Positions 60,132 to 64,000 of a stretch of DNA of 64,000 nucleotides are shown piece after piece. The notes beneath the pieces are model-generated. The model searched no databases, had not been told where the DNA came from, and saw only the letters and a list, made by a program, of their open reading frames with translations. The DNA comes from Protoeuglena noctilucae (taxonomy: Eukaryota): positions 1,054,001-1,118,000 of the forward strand of contig OY253672.1 in assembly GCA_958009085.1 (NCBI GenBank), written 5' to 3'. The translations under genes and the position numbers were made by a program. Position 1 is the first letter of the stretch; every line of letters starts with the position of its first letter.

Positions 60132-61160
60132 ATGGAGCGCTCCTTCATCATGATCAAGCCCGACGGTGACGGCTGGGCGACGCCCCGGGGGCCGGCTTGC
60201 GTGGCCTGCGCGGCCGCAGGGACGGCCCGGGGCGCCTCATGATCGTTCGTGACTGCTTCGATGCCCGCAGGGGTCCAGCGTGGCCTCGTCGCGGAAATCA
60301 TCAAGCGCTTCGAGCAGAAGGGGTTCAAGCTGGTTGGTGAGCGGGGGCTGGTGGAATCCGGGTGCCTGCGGTCCCACGCGCGCAATGGTGTCATGTCCTT
60401 GCCCTGAGCGGGCCGCCACCCCCGGGATCCGACCGGTTGCGCGGCCCGCTGGTCCACGCACCCTTCGGCCCTGGCCCTCTCAGTCCGGGCCGCTTAAGGA
60501 AGTCCGGGTGCCTGGAGATCTCTCGTATGCATAAATTGCTTTCACCCGTTGCTGTGTGCGCGTCCCCCGTGCGCATGCGGTCCAACAGGGACCCTGCGAA
60601 AGTGCGGGGAGGAATCTGCCCCGTAGTCGCGGACGCTGACCCGCCTCGACGACCTCGCGCACGCAGCGATGAAGATGCAGGTGACCGGTGAGGCGCAGGC
60701 CAAGGCTCACTACGCCGACCTCGCGTCGCGTCCCTTCTTCGGCGCGCTGGTGGATTACATCTGCTCGGGCCCCGTGGTCGCCATGGTGTGGGAGGGCAAG
60801 GCGAGTTTGCCTGCCGGGGTTCCGCAGATCTCGGAGCTTGCGCCGCCGACGCCCTTGCCTCGTGCGCCACGATCTCCCGTGGATGTGCGCGGCCCCGGCG
60901 CGTGCCGCGCTGAGCAGCGGCTGCCTGGTGCTGGCCTGCAGGGTGTCGTGAAGACGGGCCGCGTCATCATCGGCGCGACGAACCCCGCCGACTCCGCCCC
61001 CGGCTCCATCCGCGGCGACTTCTGCATCGAGGTGGGCCGCAACATCATCCACGGCTCGGACGCGGTCGAGTCCGCCAACAAGGAGATTGCCCTGTGGTTC
61101 CCCGAGGGCATCTGCGAGTGGTCCCGCACCGTCGACTGCCAGATCTACGAGAAGCTCTGA
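60132..61160 (+). CDS. NDK1: Nucleoside diphosphate kinase (cytosolic type); exons 60132-60165, 60271-60336, 60667-60800, 60942-61160
   Basis: [28 protein letters not shown] and [20 protein letters not shown]. Confidence 0.98.
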
Positions 61161-61808
61161 ACAATTCGCTGACATGCGTCCACGTGCACGTCCACGTTGA
61201 ATTGCGTGAGCCAACCGAAGCAACCGGCCGCGAGGCCGACCATGAGAAGGAGCCTTATGATACAAGCGTGCAGGGTGGTATTGCGAACCGCACGGCGGGG
61301 TGTGCGAGTGCATATGTCTGGGTAGGTGCCAACCTGCTCCCGGCGCCACGCTGGACCTGCCGAACCCCGCAAATGTCCTGATGGCAGCAGAATGCGAGGG
61401 CCTGTGGGAGCCGATGCCCTCGATGCGCGGTCAGCAACCTCCTGGGTCTGACCTGACCCAGCCATCGGGAGGCGCGCAACAAGGCCCGAGAAGCGCGACC
61501 TATCCCCCCAGATCCCGCCATCGCGCATATATATCCCCCGTTCTTGACCTTGCGGACCGTCCCCGGCGCCAGAGACCCGCAAATAGCTGAGAAGCTTTTT
61601 CCGCCCCTTCTGTCCCCGCGACGCGGTCCCTCCACCCGCAAGTCCCAGCCAGATCGCGGCTTTTAGACGTGCTCTGTCTGTTGTAGACGACGGCGTCCCG
61701 AGGTCTCGCTCGCGCGAGAGCTGCTGTCGAGGTGCACGGGCGCTGCCGTCAAGGCTGGCGGCAACTTGGCGCCGCTCGCGTCGGGGACAGGGCGGCGGCG
61801 GGGAGACG

Positions 61809-63448
61809 ATGAAGCCCGGTGTCGGAAAGCCTCAAAAGGGCGTCTTGGGGAGCGCGCTGTCGTTCATGAGGGGCCGGACGAGCGCGGCGCTGTCCTTCAA
61901 CCAGGGATCTCCGACACGGGACCCTCGGCACGCCGCCGAGGCTCCTGCGCGCGAGATGGCATGGCATGGAACGGGAGATGCCGCTGATGATCGGTCGGAG
62001 GTCGTTGCGGAGGCCAGCAGCGCAGCGTCCGGCCCGGGTCTAGAAGCAGGGCATGCCCTGCGCGGCGGCACACGCTGGCCCCGGAGCGCCTCCGGCAGCC
62101 CGCCGACCACCGAGGTGGTTTCTGAGGAGCATCATGTATCGTCTGCGGTGGACGCGCTGCGTGCCCACCGGCCCCTCGCGGCCCGGGCCGCGCTGTCCAT
62201 CCGGCCCCTCACGGTGCAGGGATCGCCCGAGCCCAGGCTCCCCGACCGCTCCCGAGCCAAGCGCGACCTGCACCAGCTCGCCCTCGACGCATGCTCCCGC
62301 CGGAATCCACGCGAGGGACGCGGCGCGGTCGCGGAAGGGTGAGGATTTCAAAAGCCGCCCTCGACAGCTGGGCTCGCCGGCGACGCGCGCGATTTGCGTC
62401 ACGACCCCCGCCTGTTTCACGTCGCAGAGCTCTTCTCTCCGATGCGGCTGGAGCCTGGGCCGCTGCGAGCCATGGGGAGCGCACGAACAGCACCTCCTCG
62501 GACGTGCTTCGATCCAATGCTGAGAACTCTCTCCGCCTCAGGTGCGCAATTTTGCCTCGCGAATCTGCACCAGCTTCAAGTTTGCTGTCGGTTCGTCATC
62601 CTGAGGAGGTCCGCGTTCGCCTCGCTCGCTCGCAGGCACCACGACTCGCGCCCGCTCTTGTTTGCTCTGGACGAGGCGGAAGCCCTGCCAGCCACAGTAG
62701 AGATGCAGCTGGTGAGCCCGTGGGGATATGTCGTGTGGGATGCCAGACGACGCCAAGCGCTGGGAGCATTTGGGAGATGCGATTCGTTCCACGCATCCGC
62801 AGCCCGACGGGGACGACATGGCGGGCGTTAGGGCCCCCCCGCGGCGGCAGAGGTCCCCGACGCACACCCCGGCTCTCCAGCGTATGGGTATCTTGGACGA
62901 GGGGGCCGAGGGCAACCTGCCCAGCCCCGGGAGCCGCCCCAGCAACCGTGCGGACTGCTCGGGTGGGTGCCCGGGGTGCCATGGCAGGGCTGCCCTCCTG
63001 AGCGCGACGCGCGCACGCGGTGGCATTGCCTTGCCCCGCTTTCGCCGCAGCGTCGCTCGAGATCGGGTGGGAGGAGGTGCGTGGGACGGCGGCCAGCGAG
63101 GGCGTCCAGGGCTGGTCGCAGCACGACCGTCACGACTCTATCGACGGTTTCACGGCGGGCTTCCTGGATGAGGACCAGGCGCTGCTGGAGCGGGTGGTGC
63201 AGGGCCAGGGCATCGCCGAGGCTCGGCCTCACAAGCGCCACGGCAGCCTGGCACGGTCGGTGCTGGCGTCGGCCCAGCAGCCGCAGCACGAGCGGCTGCC
63301 CGGGGCTTTGGCGCCGATGTCTGACGCCATTCCCGTGCCGATTCGGGCACCCGCGGTGGAGGATGAGGAGCCCATCCTGTCGAGCCAACGCGAAGTCAAG
63401 CTCTCGGGGTCCCGGGTGAGGCGCGCCCTGTGCGCAGACGGGCCATGA
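61809..63448 (+). CDS. Hypothetical multi-exon protein; structure tentative
   Basis: An ATG-initiated ORF (MKPGVGKPQKGVLGSALSF) ends at a G|GTGAG donor, and further plausible exons run to TGA at 63446-63448. No family recognised. Confidence 0.45.
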
Positions 63449-63639
63449 GCAGCTGCGTGGCCCAGTCATCTCAACAGCATGTCGTGCCATGAATGCCCGC
63501 AGAGATTGAAGCGAGGGTCCGTGTTCATGGACCGCCTTCACGACTAGGTAGCACGGCGTGGGTGCAAGTCCACAAGACTCTGTTCACCAGGCTCATGCTG
63601 CTCTCGGCGCAAGCATCAATTGCGACGGGAGCGTGTCTG

Positions 63640-64000
63640 TCACGTACCACGGATCGGCTTGTCCCTTATCCATTTGGTGGCCACCCACTTGGTCCCTTGC
63701 CGCACTGGGCAGCCTCCATGCAGGGCATGGGGCTCGATCTCACCCGCCGGTGTCAGCGACCAGAACGCCAGCGCCCACCCTTTCCTCGGACGCACCAGGA
63801 GCCCGTGCTCGCAGCTCTGGTAGTCTGCGCGCGCGGGACATGTGCAACTGTGACCCACGTGTTGCCAACGATGTGTGATGCAACGCTCCCTTGCATCGGG
63901 TGCATCCTTGGCCGCACCGAGCCGTGCGAGTTGAATGCGACTCGGGCGTAAAAGCCACACGAGCGGAACGCACCAGAGTAGTCGCGGTTGGCTTTGCCCT
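63640..64000 (-). CDS. P4H: Prolyl 4-hydroxylase (2OG-Fe(II) dioxygenase), 3' end only
   Basis: GLLVRPRKGWALAFWSL...ALHGGCPVRQGTKWVATKWIR matches the plant/algal P4H C-terminus. Confidence 0.9.
   Translation of the reverse strand, partial: GQSQPRLLWCVPLVWLLRPSRIQLARLGAAKDAPDARERCITHRWQHVGHSCTCPARADYQSCEHGLLVRPRKGWALAFWSLTPAGEIEPHALHGGCPVRQGTKWVATKWIRDKPIRGT

Noticed and set aside
60503..60550. GGGTGCC...CACCCG resembling the start of an intronic TPP riboswitch
   Set aside because: It lacks the conserved CTGAGA and ACCTGAT elements, and the host gene is unrelated to thiamine.
1..61160. A nucleotide-metabolism cluster (AMPD, FHIT, DUF89 phosphatase, cyclase, NDK)
   Set aside because: The genes are dispersed among unrelated housekeeping genes, with no evidence of linkage beyond chance.

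Overview
Very GC-rich, gene-dense, intron-rich eukaryotic nuclear DNA, most likely from a green alga (chlorophyte). This is inferred from a plastid sulfate-binding protein, a PHR2-like photolyase-family gene, a thylakoid-lumen FKBP, a chalcone-isomerase-fold protein and a plant-type HISN3. I reconstructed about 24 spliced genes by hand: AMP deaminase (5' partial), BDP1, HISN3, ATG13, a small FRG1-like protein, FHIT, Sbp, a DUF89 phosphatase, PHR2-like, an orphan, SEN2, FKBP, an ABCC/MRP transporter, a CHI-fold FAP, cytochrome P450 reductase, PPT1, a membrane class III nucleotide cyclase, a MAPKK, ValRS, LTV1, AE7/CIA2, NDK, a second orphan and the 3' end of a prolyl 4-hydroxylase. Most entries in the ORF track are GC-driven spurious ORFs. 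No rRNA, tRNA, transposon or CRISPR was seen. The most unusual signals are in gene architecture. (1) AMPD introns repeatedly carry 'echo' copies of the adjacent exon edge, often including the splice site. (2) At least 16 introns need a GC donor, 14 of them AG|GCGAG, roughly one intron in eight by a hand count. (3) Packing is extreme: 12 nt between convergent stop codons and 133 nt between tandem CDSs. Protein-level oddities are a Toc75-like polyglycine tract in Sbp, an animal-style GST-like N-terminus on ValRS, an atypical cyclase specificity pair and a minimal FRG1-like protein. Gene boundaries are manual predictions without transcript data.
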